From the NCBI GenBank assembly GCA_965644315.1, contig CBFFRQ010000054.1, forward strand, positions 1 through 64,000: DNA of 64,000 bases, in the 5' to 3' direction. This document shows positions 1-11,574 of the stretch, one piece after another. The notes under the pieces are model-generated. The model made no database searches. It worked only from the letters and a program-made list of their open reading frames with translations, and was not told the DNA's origin. This DNA is from Caecitellus pseudoparvulus (Eukaryota; Protista; Bigyra: Bicosoecida). Positions within the stretch are counted from its first letter, which is position 1, and each line of letters starts with the position of its first letter. Position numbers and translations under genes: made by a program.

Positions 1-185
1 CTTCAAAATGCTCTCAGCCCTGGCGCGGCGTGTAGGGCAGGGTTGCGGTGCGGAAGTTGACTTGCCACAGGCGCTTGCAAACCTGCACAGCACAGCAGCA
101 CGCACCCTGAGAGCATGACGACATACACAAAGTTATTCAGCAGACCCAGCAGCCACCATGCGCTCATGAGCTGTGCGTACTTCAT
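1..185 (-). CDS. CLN3: Battenin/CLN3 family lysosomal membrane protein, 5' part (runs off window)
   Basis: MKYAQLMSAWWLLGLLNNFVYVVMLSG matches the CLN3 N-terminal motif (F/W-x-L-G-L-x-N-N-x-x-Y-V-x-M-L-S-A-A). A GTGCGT..CCAG intron is followed by AESILK. Confidence 0.85.
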
Positions 186-434
186 GTTGCAGGGGGAGCC
201 CTGGTGCCGCTCCATTCCGGCCCGGCGCACACGCTGCTGCCTCCCAGACCAGTTTGCGCAGGGACAGGTGTGAAGGGCAACAGTTGAGGGTCATCAAATA
301 CCAACTCCACACATTGAACCCGGAGATTCGTTTATTCAAATTGCTGTGTTCCTGCCGCTACTTTGCTGGAAGCTCGCAACAGCAGGAGCTGGGCGTGCCT
401 GCGTTTCGCAAGCCTCGCGTTTCGCCTTGACAGC

Positions 435-1167
435 ATGGCCACTGCCACGTCCCTGTCCGCCATGGACGCCCTGGGCAACGCCCGAACGGGCGCCCAAAAG
501 CTCTTTGGTCCAAAGCAAGAGGAGGGCATGATGGGCGAGCTCAATGCCATGTGCAACCTCACGTATTCCCAGGTGCGAGCAGAGTGCGAGCTGGCTTCCA
601 GCTGCTGCTCCTGCACCACTGTCACCAGCGCCCCCGCCCCCCCCCGCCCAGCGCATGTATGGCTTCGCGGCCTGTTTCGTCCTTGGGACCATCTTGTCCA
701 TCATCGTGCGTCGTGCGCGAGCAAGAGGCACGCGCGCCGCTCCCCGTGACACCCCGCCTTCGCCGCGGCTCCCAGTCGGCATTCTTCATCACACAGCCGG
801 TGAAGTTCGCCGTCCTGTACTCCATCGGCAACGTCATCGCCCTCATCAGGTCCGGCGGCAGGGCGTCCCTGCAAGCCCCTCACAGCCTACCCTGCACCCC
901 CCTTCCCCCCTGCACAGCACCTCCTTCCTCCTCGGACCCTGCACCCAGCTCAAGTACATGTTCCACCGCAAGCGGCTGGTGGCCACCATCCTGTACCTGG
1001 TCATGATTGTCGTCACAGTGCTGGTGGCAGTGCTGACGCAGAATGAGGGCCTGACCTTCCTGTGCATCATCGTGCAGTACTTGGCGCTCACCTGGTATGC
1101 GTTGTCCTACATTCCCTTTGCTCGGGACATGGCCAAGCGGTGCTGCGGCAGCGTCATGTCAGGGTGA
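435..1167 (+). CDS. SFT2: Got1/Sft2-family vesicle transport protein, 4 exons (435-572, 652-705, 776-849, 918-1167)
   Basis: The spliced product contains LTYSQRMYGFAACFVLG, KFAVLYSIGN, STSFLLGP..QLKYMF..KRL and Q..ALTWYALSYIPFAR, all SFT2 signatures. The three introns are GT-AG and preserve frame. Confidence 0.92.
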
Positions 1168-1189
1168 GCCAACCATACAATACATGCAT

Positions 1190-3069
1190 TCAGCGTTGCT
1201 TCGCTGCTGCCAGCTCCGACTGCACGCCGCGCAGCAGTGCTGTTGTCGGCTCGCCGGGCAACGCGCCCAGCTTCACGGCGACTCTGGCGAGGACGCAGAG
1301 ACTGGGCATGGCGGCGGCCACCTCCTCCACTGCACTGCGGCGATTGCCCACTAATAGCCGCACTGCTGCCTGCAGCGCACTGAGCAGGGCGGTGGCCAGG
1401 GCTGCCGCCACATCCAGTGGGCCAGAGTCGTGTTGCTCCACCGGCCGCCCCGCGTCACCGTCTTCCGCCGCCTTGCGCTGGAGGAACGCGCGGCCACATG
1501 CGATGGCCACGGTGGCTTCGCTGCTCGCCCAGGCTGAGACGCCCTCCTCCGCGTCCCCACGCACGATGCCTTGATGTGCGGCTGATGTGGAAGGCAGCGC
1601 GCCCAGCGCCACGTCAGCGGCGGCCGCGTGCGATTCCACACCGTGCAACAGCGCACCCGCACCAGCCCATGCACAAGCTGCAAGTGCAACGACATCTCCC
1701 GGCTCGGGCAACTGCTGTGCAACAGCTTTCACGCCAACCATAGGCAGCAGCAAGCCTGGGTGAGTGGGCTCAGCAGCGCTCGAGTGCACTGCCCACAGCG
1801 GCTGGGCGGACAGCTGCCCCACCCAGGCATCCTTGGCCTGCCACTGGGTCAAGGCGTGAGCCAGCATGGCCAAAAATGCGCCCGCCAGAGCAGCGTCTTG
1901 CGGGTCCAAGCCTTGCTCAAGGGCCGCGTCCGGAGTGGCGGCGCGTATGCGTGACGTAAGAGCGCCAGGCAGGCCACCTAGCGGGCTCATGACTGGCAGC
2001 ACGCCACCCATGCGACTGGATCCGGATGAGGACCGGCGCCTGCGACCTGCCGAAGGCACCACGGCGTAAGACTGTCGCAGGCGCTCGAACGCTGCGCCCA
2101 CATCTGCGGCTGCCGACCGCTGCACGGAGCTCGTCGCAACCGTCGACCCACTCGGAACTGGGGCAGGCACGCTTGGGTTCAGCAGCGGGTGGGCGAAGAA
2201 CTCCACGAAGGAGATGCGGTCCACTGGGTCTGGGCGCAGTAGCATGCGCAGCAGGTGGTGCAGTGACTCAGGCACGCCGGTCGCGATGCCGGGAGGCATG
2301 GTGGGGGTGGCGGAGCGAATGGTGTCGAGCAGAGCAGCAGGCGAGTCAGCTGTGAAGGGCGGAGCACCAGTCAGCATCTCCCACGCAATGCAGCCCACCG
2401 ACCACAGATCGCACTTGGCGTCGTACTGCTGTCGGTCCAGCACCTCCGGAGCCATGTACAGCGGGCTGCCGCACAGCGTCGCTGCCATGCCCTCGTCCGG
2501 CAGCGTGCGTGCGAAGCCAAAGTCTCCGATGCGCAGCACGCTGTCTTCTGCCAGCAGCAGGTTCTGCGGCTTCAAGTCGCGGTGGATGACGTTGTTGGAG
2601 TGCAGGTACGCCAGCCCCGCCGCAAGCTGGCTGAGGAAGGCGAGCGCTTGCGGCACCGGCAAGCCGCCATCGTCCTGGGCCATGAGCATGGACAGGTCCC
2701 CCTGCTGGCAGTACTCCAGCACGATGAAGATGTGCTTCTCTGACTTCTGCGGTGAGGCGAGGCGAAGCCTGCAGGCGCCAGCGGCACAGCCCGGGCAGCG
2801 CACGTGCAACGACGCACCATGACGTCCAGCAGTCGGACGATGTTCGGGTGTTCAAGCTTGCGCAGGAGGCCGATCTCCAGCTCCAGGTTTCGCACCACCT
2901 TGGCTGTCAAGGAGCGTGTCTTGATGGCCTTCAGCGCCACATGCTCCCCCGTCTCCTCGTGCACGGCATGGTACACGTGTGCGAAGCTGCCGGCACCCAG
3001 CAGAGACTTCACAAGGTACTTTCCGACTTTTCCCTGTCCATCGCCCCCCAGGCCGCCTACGCCTGCCAT
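1190..3069 (-). CDS. ATG1: ATG1/ULK-family Ser/Thr kinase, 2 exons (intron 2747-2817)
   Basis: Kinase motifs GAGSFA, VALK, HRDLKPQNLLL, DFGFAR, ATLCGSPLYMAPE and YDAKCDLWSVG are ULK-type. An AIM/LIR-like SYAVV follows the kinase domain. Confidence 0.85.
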
Positions 3070-3487
3070 GTGCGGAGCCAAGTGTGGAGTGGTAGTGGCA
3101 GAAACGCTGCCGCAACGCTGGCCAGCACGCCGGCCTTCACGTAGCGTGAGGGCGCTGGGGTGGATGCGGGCACGTCAATGCGTGCATACATCAAAGAGGT
3201 GGTCGTTTGTTGTACGTGCAGGCTTTGGAACGCTTGAATTTTGTTGAATGCGGAGCCTATGCCCGAGTTGTTGCTCAAGTCTGGCGTTGTCCAACCGTGC
3301 TTCACCGAAAGCCCAGCACGCGAGCCCAACCTGCACCTAATTTGTAAACACACTGCAATACGATCGTCTACGGGCTGGTTCCTTGGCTTCCGGCAGTGCT
3401 TGGCTCTGCAGTGTGGCGCCATTCGTCATCTTCTTCGCCAGCCCGTGTGCGGTGCCTGGTTCAACGCAGGCAGCTTCCTCGCACAGT

Positions 3488-4263
3488 TCACACCTTGGAC
3501 TCTGACGGGGCACTCGTAGGAGCCGCGCTGTGCACCTGCACGCCCCGGCACAGCGGCTCCAGGGGCGTGGGGCCGACGACACCGGCTGGCTCCTGTGTGC
3601 TCAATTGCAGCGACGGGCGCTTGGACAGGGTGCACTTGTACAGGCGGAAGTGGCGGAAGTAGTGCTGGAGGAGGAACTCTGACACTGACGCCACCTCCTC
3701 TTCACTGAACAGGCACACAGAGGCTGGGCTGTGGTCCACTGCGTGCTGCAGCAGCAGCTCAGAGGCGTACGCGTAGCTCTCCGTGCACGTCGTGTTCCAC
3801 GTGGCAGCATCCACATATGCACACTGATATATGATGCCCAGCACGACTGATGCTTGGGCTGGCTTGAGCTTGTGCTCCCGGCAAAACCTGCACGAGTTTG
3901 GGGGGCGCGAAACGTTGGCGAAACGCCGTCTGAAGCACGCAGCATCGACGTGCCGTACCCCAGCGTGTAGTACAGCAGTTCTCCAAGCACAGGCAACGAA
4001 GCTTCATCATCCCATTCAATGCCTTCGACCAGCGCCCTGGAAATCACAGAGAGAGGAGGGCGTTGCGCAATGAGAGGCAGGGGGTGCAGAAACGCGCGAC
4101 CATGCCGCACCGCTCGATTTCTTCCCGGTCCTTCAGCTCTGCCAACGCCTGCATGCACTCTTCGCTGAACACCTTGTACTCCATGGATGCCGCCTGAGAC
4201 AGGCATTGCATTCGAGGGTGCAGTGGCGCTTGTGAGCTTGCACGGCATTGAAAGCCTCACCAT
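3488..4263 (-). CDS. CFAP119: Flagellar central-pair C1a subunit C1a-32 / CFAP119 (CLAMP family), 4 exons; first coding exon is only the ATG
   Basis: Spliced product MAASMEYKVFSEE...LLYYTLGFCREHKL...LLLQHAVDHSPASVCLFSEEEV...QHYFRHFRLYK. The LLxHxVxRPPxSxxxF and YFRHxxLY patterns are typical of the family. Confidence 0.75.
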
Positions 4264-4475
4264 GCCGAGTTTGCTGGCGCAATCCTAGGGAGACTGCACA
4301 GTCGGCGCGAGCCCGCTCACAGGGGCAGAGGGCAGCACGCCAGGGGTGAGCTGGCGTACACAGAGGGTGCTTGGGGCATTGGCCAGCAGCTGGCTGCAGC
4401 TTTGCCGACTCGTATGAAGTTTGACCCGCGCTCGAAAGTGTCATCATGCACCGGCACGAAGCACGGCCGCTGACC

Positions 4476-5957
4476 CTACCGCAAGAAGATGGCAAAGTGG
4501 GGGGGGTTCCCCTGTGTCAGTGCCGAGTGCACAGCGCTGTAGCTCATGTGCGCGGCGCAGCACACCTCGTCCAAGCAGTGCCCCCCTCCCAGCAGGTGCC
4601 GCACGCGCCACAGTGCAGGTGGCAGCCCCAACACATTCCCGCCGGCCGCAGAGTCCATGGGCGGCGCCACACTCCCTGCAATAGCCTTCACACCATGCCC
4701 ACTCTCACTTCCGTCCACCGCATCTGTGCTGGTCGGCGGGGTCGCCCCTCCCCCCACCACAGCACCGGCCCCCGCCTCACCACCGGCCGACGCCGAAACC
4801 TCGCTCTGCCCGCCTGCGACAGTGCCTGGGCCGGCAGAGCGAGTAGCTTGTGTAGCCACTGGGGTGAGGGGTGTGGCATGCGCGTGCATGCGACGTAGCA
4901 GTCCATGCAGAACACCGAACACCACCAGGGCCCGGTCGTCGATGCCGCACTCTGCAGTGCGGCCACCCACCACCACATCTTGCACCCGTGTGCCAGTGCC
5001 AAAGCGCACCAGCACCCGGAAAATATCAGCGGCATCGGGCACCACGCTGCTCCCCTGTGCCGTGGCATACTGCACTGCTGCTGCAGCCAGTTCCGCCTTG
5101 GCGGGAGACAGTAAGTCACACGCCGCAGGCGTGATGGCATACACGTTGGAGTACTGGAACAAGTCCACAAGGCCCACGAACCCGTAGTGCAGCATGTGCT
5201 CCACCACCCGGCGCACGAGGTGTGGCTCCACGTCTGCTGCCTCTGCGATGGCACCCGTGTGTGTGACGCCGTCAATCAGAGGCAGCACCCGCCGAAGACA
5301 CATGTCCCAATCCTCCCCCGCCAACGCATCCAGGTCCTTGACTCGCACGGGGACATCATGGTCGCCGACCACCACAGGGCCCTGCAGCACTGGGAATAGC
5401 TTCAAAGCCAGCGTGGTGCCTGCCAGCACCGGCACCACGCACTCCCCCCGACTGGACAGGCCAGCGAACACCTCGTCCAGCAGCAGACCCATGGCTGCGT
5501 GGCCCTGCGCATCCCGCCGCAGGAAGCCCTGCTCACGCTCCATAGATGCCAGCACGGAAGCGAGCTTGCGTAGTACAGAGACGTACGGCCGCCATTGGGC
5601 ATGTGGGTCCAAGATGAAGCCAACGTTGAACATCAGCGCGTTGCGCGCGTACGCCGCGTCTTCCAGGCGAACCGGGAAGCCAAGGATGCGCTGCTTCCCC
5701 ACCACGACAGACACGACCTTCTCCACCAGGAACTTCTTCGTGATGATATACTCAGAAATTGAAGAAAACGCTGACGCGGAAAGCACACTGCACGGCAGGT
5801 CACGGCAGGGGAGCGGCCCCAGGCAGTGCGGGCAGGGTTTCGCTGGCGTTTCGTGATTTGCCCTCGCTCACTTTGCAGGGGTCTGGCACTCAAGCACTGG
5901 GCCATGGGTGTTGTCGAACTTCGCAAAGAATACGCCTTGCAGCATGGCAGCGGCCAT
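4476..5957 (-). CDS. NPRL2: GATOR1 complex subunit NPRL2, 2 exons (intron 5788-5871)
   Basis: GVFFAKFDNTHGPVLECQTP, YIITK, YARNALMFNVGF, LRKLA...EREQGFL, WDMCLRRVLPLIDG, DLFQYSNVY, FGVLHGLLRRMH and LDEVCC are NPR2 family motifs. Confidence 0.93.
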
Positions 5958-6410
5958 GGTGACAAAAAGCTGGGCGCATCAGCGCCGACTCTGTTGCCGT
6001 CTCAGAGGGCACTCCCCGGCACAGGCTGTGCTGACGTGCAACAGGCCGGCAAGTGGAGTCGGGGGAGAGCTGGCCTTCTAACCCAAGGAAATTTAGCGCG
6101 AGTGTCTTGCCAGGTTCAGTGAGGTGTGCGTTTTGTTGGTGGTGTGATGGTGGGGCAGCCATAGTAGCTCCAGTGTCATGGCATGTGCAGGCAGTACAAG
6201 CATCCCGTGCAATTCAAGGCAGTCAGTGAATGTGACTTGCGGTGCTGGTGAGCAAAAAGCTGTATCGTAGTACACCTTGCATCGGCATCTACTCTCATCC
6301 TCCGCCTGGCTTGGCTGGACCTGGCGTGGCAGACATAGGCTTAGATCGGCCAGCCGTCCCAAGAAGCAAGGACTGAAAAAGAAGAAGCGAGTAAAGTGCC
6401 TGCAGTAGCC

Positions 6411-8477
6411 ATGGAGGACGATGCCGCGGCACCCGCCCCTCCTTCGCCGGGACTTGGTGAGAGTGTCAGCGTTGCAACTGCGCCGACGCCGCGGGAAGTG
6501 TCGGGCAGGCTGACACCGGAACTGACCCCCAATTCGACAGCTCAAGCAACCACCAAGAGGAAACCAGCTTCATGGACATGGAAGCATGTTCAACGGGAAA
6601 TTCGCTTGGCATGGATGTCAGGTGCACCCCGCGACGAGCTTCAGTTGCGGAATATGGATTTGACTGAAGACAGCAACGCAGAGTGCATGCGGCTGCCATC
6701 CCCATTGCCTTTCGACGCAAGCGAAGTTGGGGGCGCAAACACTCTCCTCCGTGTCCTTCTGGACAATGTAAGAATCTCACGATGGGCTCCAGAGTGGTAC
6801 AAGGCTGCTCCGCAACTGGAGGAGCTGACGCTGGCGCGGTGCGGCATCAGTGACCTGCCCCGCCTCCCGCCGACCCTTCGAGTACTGAACCTGCCTCACA
6901 ACAAGCTCAAGCATGTAAATTTAGGAGCTGCTGCAGCAAGCATTGAATCTCTTGACATCAGCTTCAACCAGATCTCGAGGCTTGCCGCTCTCAGAGACCT
7001 TTCCGTCGTGATGAGCTTGAAGCAGCTTGCGTTGCACCCGAACCCTGTCACTGTGTCAGGGCCCACTGGAGGAGGAGGAAGTCCGCGCCGGCAAAGTCGA
7101 GAAGTGGGCAACGCCGAGAGTACCTGTACCGCGTCGCCCGCGTGGAGGCGGGTCAAGGCCAACCTGAGAAACTGGCTGCCGACCCTTGAGTGCCTGGACG
7201 GTCACCCAGTTTGCTCCAGCAAAGCCGGCAGAGCTGAAGCAAGCCCAAGTGGGCCACCACCACGCTACTCAAGACAGCCACTCACGGCTAGCAGTGGCAA
7301 AATCAAGCCACCTGGCTTGCCTCAGAGAACAGCAGGGCCAGTGTCCCCGGCCGCAGCCTCTGCAGCCCGAAACCCTGAACAGCGGACACCTTCCAGCCCT
7401 AGGAATGGGAGCGCTGGCCGTGTCCCACGGGTAGCTATCTTAGCCTCAGCCCGCGTCGCGCGCGAACTCACCATGCGCTCCAGCGCAAAAGCATCTCAGC
7501 TTGAAGCACAATCAGAAGGCAGAAGGAAAGCTGCAGCGCGTCGAAGTACTGCCCGTGCGCTCGCGTTTGGGCGCAGCAGTCACCTGCCAGATGAAGTGCT
7601 CAGGCAGGCCAAGGTAGCCGCAAGGCTGGCGGAACCAAAGGCTACTCCTCGAGCCCCAAGGTGGATTGGAAGTGGCTCTGCACATGAAGTTGGGGACGCG
7701 CGGGACGCATGGCTCTACGGTCGAGACGTGGAAGTATCAACAGGAGACATCCTTCACATTGCCCCGCCGGTGCCTCCCTTGACCGAGGAGGAGTGTCTGG
7801 CGATCCAGGTTCGTGAAAAGGCCTTCAAGGGGTCGGTCACGACGCCTCACAAAGTGCGACAGCTGGCCCAGCCGGCAAGCTCGCCACGCCGAGAGCCACA
7901 CAAAGCACAGAAAGCCCCTACAAGACAGCGACGCAAGAAGCCTGGCATGGACAGCCAGGTAGTCTTGCGGCAGTGGATGGCGCACATGTCTCACATCCTG
8001 ACAAGTGCAGGAGTCGTCGCAGGAATGGTGGCCGAGCTACTCGCCGCTACGGGCCTTGGCGAGACTGAATTTGAAGACCTGCTGAAGTACGCAGCTCTGC
8101 AAGCTGTCAAACTCGGACTACTGGAGTCCAGTCAAGAGCCAGAAGGTAGTGTTCAGACCAAGCCGGCACGTCTCCCGGGTATCCCTGTGCATGCGTTGCA
8201 AGGGGTGCTTCCCGCTGTTCGCCAGGTCCACGAACGAACCGCGGCCGACACGAGCCGCGCCTTGAGCATCCTGGCAGACCTTGTGCAGCAGACAAGCCCA
8301 CAACGTGTTGAGCGCTACCTCACCCAGCTTGTGTCCCTTGTGCCACTGGAAAGCATGGCGGAGCCACACGAGGCAGGCGGAGCCGAATCAGAAGCCTCAG
8401 CCTCCCCGGGAGTCGACCAGGAGACGGAGAGTGCACAAGGCCGCTCAGCTTTCCGGCGCGTTTCTGGCTATGCATAG
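6411..8477 (+). CDS. Leucine-rich repeat protein (N-terminal LRRs plus low-complexity tail), intronless
   Basis: LEELTLARCGI, LRVLNLPHNKL, IESLDISFNQI and LKQLALHPNPV, then an LRRcap-like LPTLECLDG. Confidence 0.8.
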   Translation: MEDDAAAPAPPSPGLGESVSVATAPTPREVSGRLTPELTPNSTAQATTKRKPASWTWKHVQREIRLAWMSGAPRDELQLRNMDLTEDSNAECMRLPSPLPFDASEVGGANTLLRVLLDNVRISRWAPEWYKAAPQLEELTLARCGISDLPRLPPTLRVLNLPHNKLKHVNLGAAAASIESLDISFNQISRLAALRDLSVVMSLKQLALHPNPVTVSGPTGGGGSPRRQSREVGNAESTCTASPAWRRVKANLRNWLPTLECLDGHPVCSSKAGRAEASPSGPPPRYSRQPLTASSGKIKPPGLPQRTAGPVSPAAASAARNPEQRTPSSPRNGSAGRVPRVAILASARVARELTMRSSAKASQLEAQSEGRRKAAARRSTARALAFGRSSHLPDEVLRQAKVAARLAEPKATPRAPRWIGSGSAHEVGDARDAWLYGRDVEVSTGDILHIAPPVPPLTEEECLAIQVREKAFKGSVTTPHKVRQLAQPASSPRREPHKAQKAPTRQRRKKPGMDSQVVLRQWMAHMSHILTSAGVVAGMVAELLAATGLGETEFEDLLKYAALQAVKLGLLESSQEPEGSVQTKPARLPGIPVHALQGVLPAVRQVHERTAADTSRALSILADLVQQTSPQRVERYLTQLVSLVPLESMAEPHEAGGAESEASASPGVDQETESAQGRSAFRRVSGYA

Positions 8478-8570
8478 CAATGCAACGATAGGTGAATGCT
8501 TCGAGCTCCTGCAAGCGTGCGCCAGCCACGGGCCCGAAACGGAATCGGACGGCCACGAACGCAGAGGTGC

Positions 8571-10241
8571 TCATGTTGCCCACCACCTTCCAAGCAAGTG
8601 ACTGTACCTTCCGTTGGGTGGCTCCTTTGCCTGCTGACTCATCAACTCATACATGAGCTTTACGGTGTCGCGAACGTTTTCTGTCTCGTACTCGGCCTGC
8701 ACAGCTTCCTCGATGTCCGTCTTCGTCATTGTCATGGAAGGCTGCAAAATCCGGACACTTCGTCGCGATGCAGGCTTCTCGCGCTTGCTGCCTCCTTTTC
8801 GTCTTAGAGAACTCACGCCTTGGCCGCTTCGATGCGAGGACCCACCCCGCTTCCCATGCGCCAAGCTTCTCGGCTGGAGCTGTGGTTTTGGGGAATGCTG
8901 CTTGGCAACCGTCCGCCGCGCTTGAGCATCTTTGGCTGCAGTGCCTGCCCTGGGTATTTTGGCAGTAGCAGCCAAGGACCCTTGTGTAAGCAATGCAAGT
9001 TCTGCTCCCGCAGCGGTGCCCTCCAGAATAGCCGAATGCTGTGCTGAGCTCATGTCATACTTAGGCGGCGCTGCGTCCCACTCAGTCCTGCCCCGCAGCC
9101 GCCCATCCACCCACACCTTCACTCTGCGCTTGATCTGTGCTGCTTCCTTCTTCCTCAGGTCAGGCTTCTTTTTTAACTCAGCAGCCCATCGCTTTGCCTC
9201 GCGCTTTGTTGCCTTGTCTTGTGCGGACTCCGCAAGCATGTCATCAGTCACCAGCTCAGCCAAGTCCTTCGCGACGCCCTGACTGTCGCGCCCGACCCGC
9301 CGCCCGTCTCGAATACCGCCTAACTCTCGCAAGAGCATTGCTTCTTCTGCCTCGAGAGTGCCTTCTAAGTACTCCAGCATGACAGACTGCTTGATCAGCC
9401 CGTACCCGTGAAGAATGCGCATGATCCAGTCTGCAGCTTCAGCTCGCTCACGAGCAACTTCCCAGCGCTTCCGGGCAACGTCTTCAGGTTTCGCATCATA
9501 CAGTGCCTTCTGACGGGAAATCTCGCACTCCATTTCTCTCGTCAGCAGCGAAAGCACGTGCTCGCCTCGCTGCCGCTTCTGTTTCAACCCCATCGCCTGC
9601 ACCTTGCTCCACCGCAAGCCCTGCACAAAGGGACTACGAGAAGTCGGGGGATGATCCTTGTCCACTTGGGTTTCGTGGCCCCGGGACCCAGAATTCGAGC
9701 CCACTCCGGCTCGCCTTGTCGCTGACGCTCCCGCCGCAGCAAGCGCAGTACGCTCCGCTGCCACGTCAGCAGCTGGGCGTTTCCACACCGCTTTGCGATC
9801 GAAACAGTACTGCCCTTCCGTGCCAGATAGCTGCGCAGCTCGGCGTTTAGCTTTCACCGCGGCGCGCTGAGAATGGAAGTACTCTGGATGCTCGGCCTGC
9901 ACCTCAGCAGGAGCAAACCCTCCCTTTAACACGGGGAAGGAAGGCAGCTCAAAGGTGCCTGCAGGCTCCTTCTCCAAAAGCAGTTTTCGCAACGCAGAAA
10001 TTAGTGTGCGTAGCACGCTTGTGTAGTTTGTCTGCTCTGGAGCTGTTTGCCTTGCTAGCTCATGAAAGCGCTGTGCGTGTTGGTCAGCCGGAGGAGGCGC
10101 GCTTGGAACCTTGCCAACAGGGACAAACGGAGTCAAAGGGCCAGTCCCTTTCTTCCCTCCTAGTGCACCCTTCTGCCTCCCCCAGAAGAAACCTCCTGCA
10201 GTGTCCTGGGTCACCATGTCTTGATTGTACAGGCCCGCCAT
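8571..10241 (-). CDS. Hypothetical protein with charged helical segments (556 aa)
   Basis: Long ORF with a gccATG start context, convergent with the LRR gene. No family recognised. Confidence 0.7.
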   Translation of the reverse strand: MAGLYNQDMVTQDTAGGFFWGRQKGALGGKKGTGPLTPFVPVGKVPSAPPPADQHAQRFHELARQTAPEQTNYTSVLRTLISALRKLLLEKEPAGTFELPSFPVLKGGFAPAEVQAEHPEYFHSQRAAVKAKRRAAQLSGTEGQYCFDRKAVWKRPAADVAAERTALAAAGASATRRAGVGSNSGSRGHETQVDKDHPPTSRSPFVQGLRWSKVQAMGLKQKRQRGEHVLSLLTREMECEISRQKALYDAKPEDVARKRWEVARERAEAADWIMRILHGYGLIKQSVMLEYLEGTLEAEEAMLLRELGGIRDGRRVGRDSQGVAKDLAELVTDDMLAESAQDKATKREAKRWAAELKKKPDLRKKEAAQIKRRVKVWVDGRLRGRTEWDAAPPKYDMSSAQHSAILEGTAAGAELALLTQGSLAATAKIPRAGTAAKDAQARRTVAKQHSPKPQLQPRSLAHGKRGGSSHRSGQGVSSLRRKGGSKREKPASRRSVRILQPSMTMTKTDIEEAVQAEYETENVRDTVKLMYELMSQQAKEPPNGRYSHLLGRWWAT

Positions 10242-10504
10242 GGCGTTTCACACGAAACGTTCGAGTCACCAAACAGTACAATCACACAGACAAGTGGGGC
10301 AAGTGACCATGCTGGTGCATTCACACTCTCTTCGACTAGGCGGGATCGGCCATTGAGGGTTTGATTTCCCCCGTCGAGTGCTGCTGTGGAATCACGGCTC
10401 ATGACCCACCTCAAGGGGACAACAAAGCGGTGGAAGAAAACGATGCAAGCCTAGGTGGCCATACAATGCAAGAAAGAGTGCGACATCAGGGACACCATCC
10501 GGCC

Positions 10505-11222
10505 TCACATCTCCCCACACTCATCGACTCGGACCTCCAACTTGGGCTGGTGGGACTTTGGGTCCACAGACACCTCCTCGATCTTGCGCACCAGAAGCAT
10601 GCCATCCTCATCCAGAACTCGACCGAAAACAACATGCTTGCCATCCAACCACGGTGTTGCTGCCGCTGTGATGAAGAACTGGCACCCATTTGTGCCGGGA
10701 CCGCTGTTTGCCATGGACAGGAGTCCCGCGCTATCGTGTGCAATGTCAAAGTTCTCGTCCTCGAAACTGGGCCCATAGATACTCGTGCGACCACGCCCGT
10801 TGCCCTTCACAAAGTCTCCGCCTTGCAGCATGAATTCCTTGATCACCTGCGCAAGGTTCCACAGTTCAGTCGGGGGGCTGACGCGGCCAACTGCAGTGCG
10901 AGCCAGCAACGCCTCGCTTACTCGGTGGAACGTGCAGCCCTTGTACCCAACTGGAAGTCCCCCACTCCTGAATTCCCCCGTGCAAAACTGCCTGAAGTTT
11001 TCAACCGTCTGAGGGCATCGGAAAGGCTGGCGATGGGCTGTGGCCGGACGCGGAAATTGCTGCTCTACTCACCTTCGGCACTACGTCCTTGAAAAGCTCC
11101 ATGAATAGGCGGCCCTGGGGCACACCACCAATGGAGATATCAAAAAATACCACAACAGACCCCCTCTTTAGTGCCTCTTGCACAGTCCCTGCCGCCCCAG
11201 CCACCTTGCTATCACTTGCCAT
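10505..11222 (-). CDS. PPIH: Cyclophilin H-type peptidyl-prolyl isomerase (U4/U6 snRNP), 3 exons
   Basis: [24 protein letters not shown]|[27 protein letters not shown]|[22 protein letters not shown], plus [16 protein letters not shown] and [12 protein letters not shown]. The [10 protein letters not shown] and NGCQFF variants point to PPIH. Confidence 0.9.
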
Positions 11223-11574
11223 GCCGCTGGTGCTGCTGCTGCTGCTGCAGAATCACTCTATCGCCACGCGAGCGCCAAGTGTGGCATGCAGGGAGAGACT
11301 GTAAAGCCCACAAGCATGCAGAAGTGTGATTGGGGCACCTGCTTTATTTTGACGTGTCATGTGTGAGGGTGGTGCTCTCCGCCTGGCGGAGCTGGAGTTG
11401 CTCGGTTGAGTCTGTAGGTGAATGGTCATGTGCTGACAGCATCCAGATGTACGGTGCAATGTCTTGAAAGGACTGTGCATTGCTCAATCAAGTTTCCACT
11501 GTCAAGAGGCAGTACCTTGTCCTCTCAAGAACTCCCTAAGTTCACTTCCCACGTGAGCAAGCGCGTCGCTTCTC

